A stretch of 54,996 bases of DNA from Welwitschia mirabilis (Eukaryota), in contig JBOZIK010000001.1 in NCBI GenBank assembly GCA_051453625.1, positions 43,012,354 through 43,067,349 on the forward strand. Direction: 5' to 3'. Each line of letters starts with the position of its first letter. Position 1 is the first letter of the stretch. Shown piece after piece: positions 13,081 to 25,498 of the stretch. The notes beneath the pieces were generated by a model. The model saw only the letters and a program-made list of their open reading frames with translations, did not search any database and was not told the DNA's origin. Made by a program: the position numbers and the translations under genes.

Positions 13081-16000
13081 TGTTATTGGATTTTTTGTCC
13101 AATTCATGCTTAGTTTTTGGTATATGATTCCTTATGCCACTATAAACTTGAAAAATTTATGTGCCACAGCATAAAATTAGTTTTTTCGTTAAAAAATTAT
13201 AAATGACAGAAACATAATTAAATATACACCTTAATTACTTAAGATAAACGTTGCTTTTTCTGTGTTGTCACTCCCCCTGCAAATCACTAGATCCTTCTCT
13301 TCATCATCCATGAGATCATCCATAGTTAATCTATCTTACATGATTTTTATATCATTAAAAATAATGAAAACTTTGTATTTTCATGGCCTTCCACCTTGTC
13401 ATCCCTTTGAGCATCAAAGTATTATCTTTTGGAAGCATGATCTCCTCCTTTATTATAATCTTTACATAAGATCTTCCTTTGTTGATATCATCTTATTTGA
13501 TAACATTTAATGCTTACACAGGATAGTTCCTTGCTTTCTTTTTGGTTTTTTAAATCCATATAATTTTTTTCTCTACTCTTTTTCCTTATTTAAATGCTTA
13601 TAGTTTTGTCATTTACTTAATAATAACTCTAAATCGTACTAATTATCATTAATGCTTTAATACTGTTGTGATGGAAAGGCAGTAGGATTTAGAGAAATTA
13701 CTATTTTACATAGAAGGGAAGAGAAGGAGAAGGGAAATTTATAAAGAAATTACAATACAAACTTTAGTGAAGAATATATTTCAACATGCTAAAAAATACA
13801 AGGTCTTAGTAATGCTTAATAGCCTTTAAAAGAAAAAAAAAGTAAGACAAGCTATATTTAAGCCTTATAAATAAGAGTGAGTGGTGAGATGACTAGTATT
13901 CTTTAGTAGTTGAAGTTAAAAATAGAGAAGTAAGAGTTCTTGATGTTAGAAGCCTAATAGAAGCTATTTATTGGGAACTTGAGGAGAAAGTTCATTATGT
14001 AAGATCTTAGATCACTTGTATTTTCTCTTGAATCCTACCAAGAATTACTATAGTATTGTATTTTTTATAATGATGAAATATTAGATTTTATTAGATTTTT
14101 TTATTGTAATTTCTCTATAAATTCCCTACCTCCACTTATTTTTCCTCTTGTAATAAAAAACTAATTTCTGTAAGTCGTACCAACTTTTCAATAATCAAGT
14201 TTGTCATGGATTATATCTACATTGCATATCCACCTTAATGTTAAGGTCTTATAACTTTTTCAAGAAAGTCATTAAAGAATAAAACTCTACAATCATAATG
14301 GCTTAGCTTAATCACCCTTGATTACATATGTAACAAATGGGTACTAATTACACTTTAACTCAATCAACTTGATAATCCATTATGAAAGGGAATTTAAGAT
14401 CGTTATAGTGTTTCCTCATTCTAGTCCACTTCTATCACTAAAATGTGTTGTTTTAAAGCCTTTAATTAATAATAAGAAATTACTTGATATAAAACACTAC
14501 TATGTCTTCTTAATATAATGACTTAGAAAACCATGTTTAATTAGTATATTCTCTAGTATTGCTAACAAGTTCTATCATATGCCTTACATACATTTAGATC
14601 TAAAGCCATTTTTACCTAATTTTCCAATGTATTATTTCTTAAGATAATAAATAATAGTCTACAATCCACCTACTTAAATAATGTATTCTTGTTCTTCTAT
14701 AATGAGATTTATGGCTACTTTCCTTAATCATAATAGTATAAAATAAGAGAGGATATTGTAGACTATATAGTATGCAAGATAATAGGGTAAAAATATTTCA
14801 TGGTATGAGGGTTTGGAATTTTTAATAAAAAGATTTATTCATGTAAAATTAAATTCATAAATAACCCCATCAGTTTGCTAAAATTCAAATACCATGTATC
14901 TGATAAGTTTTTTTATAATTTCCACTTCATTTTGAAAAACTTAATGAGAAAATTATTTACACTAGGTGCATTATTATTTATCATGGAGAATACCCATTTT
15001 CATGTTTATCATGTTCAAGTCTTTTTGTATTTTATCATATTAATAAAGATATCACACTTCCATTATTTATTTGTACAAATTTTATAAATTGATTATTCAT
15101 TTGTAATAAAATTTTTTGTTGTTGTAAAAATTTAGATGTGTGATTATGTAAACCTTTAATTTCTTAAATTAATACTTTTATTTTATTAAAAGAAAATTAT
15201 CATTTCAAATTTTGGTTAAAAACTTTATTTAAATGTGTAAAACAAAATTGTCTTTAGAATAACCATTTAGATAAAATGTTATATACTTCCACTTGATCCA
15301 TATCTCACGCTACAGAAAATTGATACCTATATGAGTGTTTATTTACATCAATATCTTAGGCTAATCACTCATCTTTTCCTATGGCTATGATAGCATTTAT
15401 ATGGAAGAGCTACTTGAAACTATCATAAGAGATTTTAACTCAAAGTTACATGTTGAAACTAAAAATCTACTAGTGTAGTTTAAGGCTATGATGAAGTAAT
15501 ACATTAAGAGCCATAATACCCTTATTATGGCATGAGCTAAAATTATTTTTTGTATGCATTACAATAACAATCCTAGACATTATAAGGAGCAACTATAGAA
15601 AATAATGATAAGGATTATTATTTTTTCCACTATTAGAGCTAAACAAAAGGCAAATAACGCATGTACTAGGAGAGTATTAACTAGTCCTCAAATAGGGATT
15701 TATTATTGGATCTCTAATTTTACAATAATTAAGAATTGATTACATTTATTTTATTTTGTTTTAATATTTTAAGCAACAACTCTTACTAGATAATCATCAT
15801 GGTAGTATTAGTAAGAGTGGAGTTCACATTTGTTAAATTCTTCTTCTTTGTACTAATTACAACTATTGCACTCACCTTGATTCATAAAAACTAAGATGAA
15901 TTTATTATGTAAATAATTCTATTAATAATACATTGCATTCATTTTTTTTACTCTATAAATCTCAATGATAGCTTTTGGTTGATATTCAATAGAAATTTCT

Positions 16001-16149
16001 CAAATCTCCCTCTTAGCTCTTTCACTTGAGTCTTTATATGTTGCTAGACTAAGTTTTTCACTACTTGACATCCTTATGTCTAATTTTAGGTTGCAATTAT
16101 ACTTATATCTTTACTCTCTTTATTTTGATACCTTAAAGCATAATCTCTA

Positions 16150-16650
16150 ATAATTTTTGAAATAACACTTTTGTCTCTAGCTTTTCCATTAGTAAAGAAG
16201 TCAAAATGATATGTCATTTCTACATTTACAAATTCATGTAAAACTCTAATTTAATCCCAAACATGCATTCCATGGCTAGGATAATAACAAACTAGTTGTT
16301 TGAATCTTTTCATGGCCTCATTCCATGGCTTATTCTATCTCTACTTGAATTATAAGATCTACTCACCATTAAACTTTTATTCTCCTAAGTAAATTATACT
16401 TATGGAAGAATTGTCGTCATATGTCATCTTATGTTATAGTTAATCTAAGAGGTAATATCTAAAACCATGTTTAAAATTCATCATGAAGGTATTTGGAATA
16501 CACTTAAGTATCTATCACTTATTCATTAATTCCATTGGAGTCTCAACTTATAACTAAGCATGCAAATACAAGAACAAATCTTTATCTTCTCTCCCTCTGA
16601 AATCAAGAAGATCTAAAGATTTTGTCTCCTTACATTTATCCTAAAAATAA
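16150..16650 (-). pseudogene. Degenerate Athila-type gag (Retrotrans_gag) remnant
   Basis: Minus-strand translation gives LLDFRGREDKDLFLYLH... and PWNEAMKRFKQLVCYYPSHGMHVWD...FDFFTNG, matching the F.G...DP..HL and AW.RFK.L...CP.HG gag patterns, with stops. Confidence 0.6.
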
Positions 16651-17285
16651 TGCCCTTAGGTTTTTTGCTTATAAAAACTCAGTCCTTATAGTTATACCTA
16701 AATTACACTTTTGATTCTAATGAATATATGTTTACCATGTATTTACTCTTGTTTCCCTTGTAAAACTCTTCTTTGATCTTTTTTCCCTAGTCTTTTAACT
16801 TGGACTCTAAGAGAGGTAATGATAAGATTATTTGGATCCCTAGCTCACAGCAAGTGTTTCTCTTCTAGTTTAACTATTGATAAAAGCTTAACATACAAAC
16901 TTTCTAGTTAATGGTAGATAGCTTTACTGAATATCTCTATTTTTCATTAGAAATAAAATAAGATTAAAATCTACATAATTCTTATTAATGATTAGAAGAT
17001 CAAAGTTATAATTAAAATCTAATTGCTTTTAAAGTTATAATCAAACTCAAATTTATTAAGGGCTTTCCTATGTTTAAATTTTTCAAGTTATCTAGTAGAA
17101 CCTTAAAAGTCACAATAAAGGATGTTATGATAACTTATAGGAAATGTCCCTCCAACACCTTTGAATATGCATGCAAATTAGAAAATGTTTCTCAAAGCAA
17201 ATGGAAATGAACTAATAGGATTTTAACATCACAATTTCACTATGATCCATAAGATTTGATATTCATTAGTGAGAAAATTGATGAT

Positions 17286-17287
<2 letters not shown>

Positions 17288-17365
<78 letters not shown>
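17288..17365. repeat. (CT)n microsatellite
   Basis: Seen directly in sequence. Confidence 0.95.
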
Positions 17366-17367
<2 letters not shown>

Positions 17368-18587
17368 GCATTCATTAATCACTAATAATTAACACAATAA
17401 ATAATCCCTTTAAATGGCACTAATGATTCAAAACATGATGTTTTTAATTAAACTATTAAATGGATTGTTTCAACACAACTTATTTTGCATGTAGATGATG
17501 TCTTTGTGTGCTAATTTTGGTGAACTATCTATCAATAAAAATAGATCAATGAGTACATGTTTGATAATTTTTTTTTCATATGGAGGAAAATAAATGAAAA
17601 GATAAGACTATGAATATTATATATAAATAAATAAAATAAAAATTATTAGCTAAATATTAATTAAAGTTAAATTATTAACCTAATTAACTGTGTTATCTAA
17701 GAAATTATTACTATTCTAAGTCTAACTTTTTAAGATTTAGATTTATCTAATTTAATGTAAAACTAATTTATTGCAACAATGTTATAAGCATTGTGAACAG
17801 TTAACAATTAATAAAATAACTAAAATATGAAATAAAACAAAATAAATTACTAGACATTCTTATGGAGATTTAAATTATTTCTTTATTCAAAGATGTCTAG
17901 CTAGATAGTCTATGTCTAAATGTCAAGATAATTTTTGACTTTGCTCTATCAAAAATGGTACAGAGAGAGAGGGGGTAGAGGGAGGGGAGGGGGCGGGAGA
18001 GGCAAAGGGAGAGAGGGGAAGAGGGAGAGGGAACAACAAATTATAGGCTCCAAGGGGTTTATTGAACATCTAGGCATTAATGCAACCAATTCACAAACAA
18101 TAAATCAACAAAGATAATGAAGTAAAGAGTCACCATTGACTCTAAGCATATTAACGACAAAAATACTAAGTTTTTACACTTAAACTTATAGTTATGGTTC
18201 TTGCATTATGTGATGCATTAAGCAGGTCTTTGTTCAATGACTTTATTTAGCAACTCTTCAATTTGTGAATCTTCATATTGTATTGTATTTTCTATGGCAT
18301 CCTCTTCCTTAATGCCATTATTCTTTTGGGATTGCAGTCTAGTATAATGTGCATGAAAAAAAAACTCGTTGTTTGAACAAGTAGAAAATGCGTTTAAACA
18401 AAGCCTGTCAAATCCGTTATATCACTACGAAAAAATAGATGGCTATAGCTAACTAAAGTAGGGTTACAAAGTCAATTTGAGTCAACTTCTTCATAAAAGA
18501 CCTCACGTAAGTAACAAAGAGAGAAAAGTTTACCGTAGATAAAGAAGTAAGGGAAGATGATATCTCTTTCCAACACTACTTATTAAG

Positions 18588-18627
18588 AAAATTAGGAAAA
18601 TCTACACAAAATTAGGAAAATCTACAC
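18588..18627. repeat. Perfect 20-bp tandem duplication (AAAATTAGGAAAATCTACAC x2)
   Basis: Seen directly in sequence. Confidence 0.9.
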
Positions 18628-20145
18628 CCTTAATGCTTTTTTCCCCTTCTATACTTTAATTTGTTATACCACCACTATAGCCTACAATGTTTAGCTATTA
18701 TATCCAAACCAAATGATCACCCAACCTAGACCTTGATGCCCGTGAAGGCGTGAATTGTTGTTGCATTGGGAAGGACGGCTCAAAATTTCTTAATTTTTTA
18801 TCATCCCAACCAAGACTTAGACAATATTTGTGGGAAGGCGGGGAGAAAGATTTGTGATTCCATGTACAAATATCAATGGAGTCGCAGCGACGACGGTCAT
18901 ACGAAAAGCAGGCAAGCGTGACCGTCATAGAATATTTTTATAACGTAAATCGTGTACCGCGTTTGCTTCCGTCTGAGTGACCCTTCTGTTCTGATCTGGA
19001 CTTGTGTGCGCGCTTCCTTAGCCCATGTCATAACATGCACTCCTACTTTTCGAAAGCTTGGGTGGGGATTCGGGACACACCATTGATAACCTTGGAAGCA
19101 ACTCTTTAGTGTAGTAAGGAATGCGGTTAATCTTCATAAGACATTGTGTGCTCTCACCATTGACCTTTGCTTAAAATACTTAAAAGGACATAAAAGAGGT
19201 CAAAGGGAATCTCTCCCTTTCAGGAGAAAAGGATGCCAAACCTCCACCTGATACGGAGAAAAAGAGTGCAGGGTTGACAACGGTTCCAGGACGAGGGCGC
19301 GGAGTCACCCAAGTAAGACTATGCCCTTGTGGAAACGTAAGCGCCCTGCGGGTGGGACGTGCTTGGTTGCGTGTACAACTATGAGAGGCTGAACTGTCTC
19401 TCCATTTATGTGCCTCTTGCCTAACTTCGCGAACACATCATCGATAAAATATTGCCTTATTATTATCATAGAGAGAATATAGCTTCCCTGCTTCACTCGA
19501 TCACTACGTTATTTTCTTTCATCGTCTTGGACTTATTAATGCACATAGTCGCTTTCTTCGTCAGCATTCAGCCCCCGTCTCGTTCACACCGACCATCCTG
19601 CCGCTACTGCTGCCTCCTCCTTTTCACAAAGCAACAGCACAACAACTTGCACGCTTTTCAGGTAAAACACATATTCTCTATATCAACGTGTATCTCTCGC
19701 CGAACGCTTTCGGAGCCAAGCTCTCATGCTATCCTTTCCCACTAAAAGGGTCTGGGCATGCATAAATATTATTCTACAATCATTTCATTATTAACCAATA
19801 AGAAAGGACCCCTCTTCTACCGCGGTGTTATTGTCAATGCCTCAAGCCCTCAACAACACTTGCAGGATGAGGTGGAATCATTTGCCATGTTGCCTCCCTT
19901 ACTTATATGCACTTCGCTTCCCAATCCAGATATGAGATCCATAAGCCATTGTTGACAACAGTGCTCCCGACGGAACATAGAGAGTGCTTTCTTTTTCGTG
20001 CCGATTTTCTCTTCAAAGAGTTGTGTCAGTATGTACATTTATGGGTATATATCCAATCATCCATTTTCATGTTTGTATGTCAGAGACTCAGCGTAGCTCA
20101 AGCCTCAGACGCCTCCATCGATTATCTTGAAGCAACGACATCATC

Positions 20146-20203
20146 TGACTCATTTTCTGATCCTGTTGCTGACACCTCTGAACAATAAGTTGTAGGCCCA
20201 TTA
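20146..20203 (+). promoter_or_regulatory. Candidate cis-elements: TGACTCAT (GCN4-like/ACTCAT bZIP site) and GGCCCATTA (TCP site II/Up1)
   Basis: Exact motif matches at 20146-20153 and 20195-20203, upstream of the CAT ATG; short motifs can occur by chance. Confidence 0.3.
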
Positions 20204-20448
20204 ATTTGTAGCCTATTTCGCTATCCTAATTCAGAGATCCCAGTCACCACTCCTCTTCACGTCCTTCACATCATTTCTGCAGCAAGCCAACAAGCAAGGC
20301 CCGCAGCAGCAGACCGAAGAAGTTCACCATCTTGCCAGACAGACGGAGGGACGGACCCATTGCTATCCTCTCTGTGTTACTTTGCCCACTGCCCTGCCTG
20401 TCTGCCTGCGCTTGCTGCAAGCGTTTGTCTCCTTTTCTCTCCAGCCCG

Positions 20449-20451
<3 letters not shown>

Positions 20452-20484
<33 letters not shown>
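20452..20484 (+). repeat. (GA)n tract in the probable 5' UTR of the CAT gene (potential BPC/BBR GAGA element)
   Basis: Seen directly, ~125 nt upstream of the ATG; the regulatory role is inference. Confidence 0.8.
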
Positions 20485-20491
<7 letters not shown>

Positions 20492-20608
20492 AGCGTGTGA
20501 GTGACGAAAACGGAGATAGAGTTCTTGTATAAAGGAAAACAGCAATTGGTTTGGAAATAAAGATCAGTAAAGATTGAGCAGAACAGCGTGAGGGGAATTC
20601 CAAGTAGG

Positions 20609-21005
20609 ATGGAAACAGAATTCGGAAGACGAAAGAAATCGTCCTTCTCTAGCCCAAGGGCGTATGCGGCCGCACTTTTGGAAACGCCAAGGCGGTTGAT
20701 GAAGCGTATGCCAGCGGTTATGTCAAGGGAGGAGGAGATGAATGAAGTGAAGGCCCGTTCTGGAGCCGATATGCAGCGGTCACTTCGCTGGTACGATCTC
20801 ATCGCTTTCGGAATCGGAGGCATGGTCGGGGCTGGCGTCTTCGTCACCACAGGTCAAGCTGCTCGTGACTACGCGGGCCCTGCCGTTATAATTTCATACG
20901 CCATTGCAGGGGTTTCCGCCCTTCTCTCTGCCTTCTGCTATACTGAATTTGCTGTTGCAATCCCAGTCGCCGGAGGATCTTTCAGTTATCTCAGGACCAC
21001 ATTCG
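20609..21005 (+). CDS. CAT6: CAT transporter exon 1
   Basis: ATG at 20609 (METEFGRRKK...); ends TTF-G|GTAATA donor at 21006. Confidence 0.88.
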
Positions 21006-22829
21006 GTAATATAAGTTGTGTTTCAAGTTACATATCCTCTTGCCTTTGGTCAGTGACTGAACGGGTTAAGGGTTTTATGTGTTGGGTATTTTAGGGGAAT
21101 TTGCAGCATACATAGTGGGAGCTAACCTGCTAATGGAGTATGTATTCTCAAATGCGGCAGTGGCAAGAAGCTTCACATCGTATGTGGAGGCGGCCTTTGG
21201 TCTTTCAGACGACAATGCTTGGCGCTTTCACGCACATGCCCTCCCCCCAAACTTTAACCAGATTGATCTCCTTGCTGTCGCAGTCGTTCTGATCATCACG
21301 GCCATCATCTGCTACAGGTAATGTTCAAAATAGTTTATACATTCAAGAAAACAATTCCAGCTTTCTTAGTTGGGTCATTTTTAATACTTGGAGTGCTACG
21401 CAGCACGAAGGAAAGCTCGTGGGTGAACATGGTCATAACTGTGATACATTTGCTAGTTTTGGTATTTATAATAGTAATGGGATTCGTTTTGGGCGATGTG
21501 AGGAACCTGAGCACCCCTGAGTTAGCTACAAGCAGAAGCGGATTCGCTCCCTATGGAGCCAAAGGCGTATTCAATGGTGCCGCTCTTGTATACTTCAGCT
21601 ACATCGGTTATGACGCAGTGTCCACCATGGCGGAGGAAGTGAAGAACCACGCAAAGGACATACCCGTTGGAGTGTCGGGTTCTGTGGCCATTGTTTCGCT
21701 CATCTACTGTCTCCTTGCCACGTCTTTAGTGTGGATGGTCCCGTACGACGCTGTAAGTAAAGTGCCTTAACCTGATCCGATTCCTATCCGGATTCCGTTG
21801 CAACTTCTTTCTTCTATTCTATTTGGATAAGCTTATACCCAAAGATGCCGTGGCCTTGTGTTGAATGGAATGGCAGATTGATAAAGGTGCACCGTTCCCA
21901 AGAGCATTCAATAGGGTCGGCATGCACTGGGAATGGGTGTCCAACGTCGTCGGGGCGGTGGCGGCAATGGGAATTCTGACGTCGTTGATGGTGGCCATGA
22001 TCGGACAGTCGAGATACATGTGCGTGATCGGGAGAACCCATGTGGTTCCCCACTGGTTTGCCAAAGTCAATCCCAAGACTGGAACGCCCCTAAACGCTAC
22101 CGTAGCTCTCGGTTGGTTGCCTGCGACTCCTTTTTCGTTATTTTCGTTTATTTTCGGGAAGCAGGGAACAGGGGACCACGGGCCCACAACGCACCACATA
22201 TTTCCGGTTTTTAATAAATATTATACATGTCCATTCCAGGAATTTGTACAGCAGTTATTGCACTGTTCGCGGACTTGGCGGTGTTGGTCAACCTCATATC
22301 CATAGGGACGCTCTTTGTGTTCTACACGGTTGCCTGTGCCCTTATCTACAGACGCTTTGTGCTGCCTGACAAAACCAGGGCTTGGCCAACGCTATCCTAC
22401 ATTGGCGGTCTCTCTGTTGTTTCAATGGTGTTCGCGTGCTATTGGCAGTCATCGGTGGAAGGGAGGTCATGGGGTCTCGGCGCCAGCGGTGCAGTGGCTG
22501 TGCTTATGACGTTGGGCTTCTGGTTGATAGTACCGGAGGCTAGGCCTTCAGAAGAGTGGGGGGTGCCCTTCATGCCGTGGACGCCGGCGGCGTCAGTGTT
22601 TCTGAATATCTTTTTGTTGGGTTCACTGGACAGAGATTCATATATCCGCTTTGCCGTGTTCTCAGGAATAGCCATTGCCTTTTATGTGCTGTATAGCGTA
22701 CATGCGACCTACGACGCTGAATCAGAAGACGCCCAGGTAGCCTCTTCAGAGAATTACGTTCACACAATCGAGATGCAGTCGCCTATTAAATATTCGATGC
22801 TTTTGGGGGATTGGGGTTCCCATGCCTAA
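20609..22829 (+). CDS. CAT6: Cationic amino acid transporter (APC superfamily, plant CAT6/CAT7 clade); 5 exons join(20609..21005,21095..21317,21404..21752,21877..22111,22240..22829), 597 aa
   Basis: Five consecutive ORF pieces join in frame through four GT-AG introns (89, 86, 124, 128 nt), giving 1794 nt including the stop. The motifs LRWYDLIAFGIGGMVGAGVFVTTG, AGPAVIISYAIAG, CYTEFAV, GGSFSYLRTTFGEF, YSTKESS, FSYIGYDAVSTMAEEVKN, ISIGTLFVFY and WGVPFMPW match plant CAT transporters, and as I recall them are closest to Arabidopsis CAT6/CAT7. Exact orthology is not established. Confidence 0.93.
21095..21317 (+). CDS. CAT6: CAT transporter exon 2
   Basis: Acceptor TTTTAG|GG at 21094; encodes GEFAAYIVGANLLMEY...IICY; donor AG|GTAATG at 21318. 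Confidence 0.9.
21404..21752 (+). CDS. CAT6: CAT transporter exon 3
   Basis: Acceptor CGCAG|C at 21403 restores YSTKESS; ends VPYDA|GTAAGT at 21753. Confidence 0.9.
21877..22111 (+). CDS. CAT6: CAT transporter exon 4
   Basis: Acceptor GGCAG|ATT gives PYDAIDKGAPF; ends TGTPLNATVAL-G|GTTGGT. Confidence 0.88.
22240..22829 (+). CDS. CAT6: CAT transporter exon 5
   Basis: Acceptor TTCCAG|GA gives GICTAVIALF; contains the C-terminal WGVPFMPW region; stop TAA ends at 22829. Confidence 0.9.
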
Positions 22830-23970
22830 TGGATGCCCGCTTAAATTAATAAACGAACCAAAATATTCTCATGGAAAGTAATGTGAAAGTATCAAATCCA
22901 AGATGACAGAAGGAATTTGAGAGGAGCGGTAACAGAAGGTTGGTGCAGGACCATCAGCAAATATACCTAGGCACCTAGCCTAAGCTATATCCCGAACGAA
23001 CTCCCACGCGCATAAAATGAGCATTGGCTTTCTCTTGCTTTTCTGTTATCTGTCGGTCTCTTGAAGCAACTAAACCCGTATGTACAATCTCGCCTAAAGT
23101 ATATTTGCTCCGCTCACTCTTCTGTGGGAGGCTGTAAGCGAATGACGCTGCAGTACTGTACCCTTTTCAGTCCTCTACATTTCATAAATGTCGTCTTAGT
23201 GTTGAAAAATACCGAGATGTCAAAGGCCACAAATAACATTTCCAAATTCGCAAAGGTTAAAGCGCACTGCTATGTTAGAAACCAAATGGCATCGATTTGC
23301 CCAGCTGAAAATAGCATGTAGCAGGGGTGGCACCACCTGGCCACCATGCAAGTCCTTAATGTGTGAAGCTCCAATTATGTGATAATGCTAGCACTCTCCT
23401 TTGCTTTGGCGTGGTTCCTCAAAGGCTGTGAAGGCGAGAGAGCAATGCCATAGCCATTCCTGCTAAATCCACGTTAACATGCAAGCCTGCTGAATCAGCT
23501 CTACTTTTACTTCTTGCCACACTTTCCAAGGTTGCACACCATCCATGCTAACTATCCATGCCATGCACGTCATGGCATGCCATCATGAAAATATGGTTTT
23601 TATCCAACTTTTGTATTTTTGTCGCTCTGCTGCAAATGTTTCTCGCCTTTTGTTTTTTCCGTGTGCAAAGCCAATACAGACGTTTTTCGTTTTACGGTTT
23701 TTTCCACGTTTCTGTTTTTGGATGTTCTGCAAACCAGCCATGAAAACCTTCGCCTGGATTAGTAACCAAAGGTTGGATTAAGGATATCCTTTGTTTGAGA
23801 AGAAAAAGAAGGCACGTCACCGGTAGTTCAATTCGTGGAATTATGAATAGAACTGAATGTATTAATCCATTAATGAAAGGATAATTGAAGCTCAGTCCCC
23901 TACACACATAAGCTTGTTATGGGCTTTTAACTTTAGAGGAGAGAAGACATGCATCTACCTATCTATTTTC

Positions 23971-25498
23971 TATGACATCCCACTTTTCCTATTTGCTCTT
24001 TGTTGGTTCGCTTTAATTAATTTAATGTCTAAATCAGGTGAAAGATCAAGAAACTATTTTAGAAGCTGTGTAATAGTCCAAAAGCCCTTTTAAGAGCTCA
24101 CCCCTAAACCTTTTTGTAGATCAAGAAACTAATGATTTCTAAGCATAAGTCTTCAAGGAACCAATTGAAGCAATCCTAATTGAAGCAATCCTAAACATGG
24201 ACATATAGCAAAATCATCATAATAGAAGCAATCCTAACATAGCAACTTAATGAATACACTAATAAGAATTCATAGGAACTCAACGAAAAGAATAAATAGT
24301 ATCAATTGATTATCAGATTTCCAAATATGATCCATCAAATAGCATCTATGTTTATGTCAAAACAATAGGGTAGTTTAACAAAAACTCAAACAAATTTTAT
24401 TATTTGAGAAATTTATCTTATGATGAAAATATGAAGTTTCTTGGTAATGGCTTTTTAAAAATTCAACCAAAAATTCAAAAATCCCCTAAATTATTATTGT
24501 TTTTGTATTGAAAGTGTAATAAATATTTTTAATAACTAGTTTAATAATATAAACTAAAATAAGAGAAATCTAAATATAGTAACAGAAATCTAAATTACTT
24601 TATCTTTTAGGAAATTTAGATCCACATCATCTGTAAATAGAAAAATCTTCTTTTTCAAGACACCTTCCTAAGGCTTTCTGAACATTTTTCTATAATTCAT
24701 GAATCCTTTTTTTCTAATTCCTCTTTGAACTGATTAAAAGTTCCTTTTCTATTTACTATTTCCAAATCAAACTCCTACATCAATAGAATCCATCTTGTGA
24801 TCCTAAAATTAGTCTATTCCTTGTTCATAGAATGCCTTATTATAAAAGGATCTATGTGGAGTTTGGTGGGTTAACCTCAAATGTAGGAACTAAATTTCTT
24901 TAGGGAATAGTAAATGGCTAGCATCTCTTTTTCTATAATCTTATAATTATTCTATGCTACATTAAAAGATTTACTTACATAAGCTATTGCATATGGTTTC
25001 TCTAATGATCCATAATTGTTTTAAAAGAAGTTTCATTACTTAAGAAGTGAAATAACTAAGAACTAAAACAATTTAAATAAACTTGTAATTAAAATATAAC
25101 AAAATGAAAGAGATAATCATCATGCTTTATTAATGAATGAAAAATGTGAAACTTCCTCATGTTAAACACCAAGGTTTTGAGGGTGGATTAGTCAAGTTAT
25201 ACTACCTTCAAGGTCCAGTTTGTAGGACCACTGGGGAGCCAGACCAGTTTATCAAGGATCAATATACTTGTGAAAATCTCATGCATACCCTACACTCCCT
25301 CTTTGTTGTGTTTTTAACAATGGTGAACAATTATCATGTTGTTTCATATAGAATCCACCTTTCATATCTAGTATAATTTGTTTTGCAAGGGTTATATCCC
25401 TTAAATAGATAATTTACATTTAATAATATTTAACAAATACATTATTAAACATAGACATGGGATGTTCCTTGCCTTAACGAGGTCAACGTATTGTGACA
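23971..25498 (-). repeat. 3' LTR of element D
   Basis: Starts TGTCACA on the minus strand 2 nt after the PPT. Ends GGGATGTCATA (decayed GGGATGTCACA) at 23971, where GC and CpG content drop. Confidence 0.6.

Noticed and set aside
13268-13280. AGGGGGAG-TG on the minus strand resembling a copia PPT/LTR junction
   Set aside because: No adjacent copia coding remnant or partner LTR could be supported.
20449-20470. CGAAGAGAGAGAG resembling the 5' part of miR529
   Set aside because: It continues as a plain GA repeat, lacks the CACAGCCC 3' half, and has no convincing hairpin.
20271-20850. Minus-strand ORFs overlapping the CAT leader and exon 1 (110, 60, 157 aa)
   Set aside because: Antisense shadows of GC-rich coding sequence and the GA repeat; no recognisable protein features.
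23410-23445. CCTCAAAGGCT partial similarity to miR477
   Set aside because: Short match only, with no supporting foldback.
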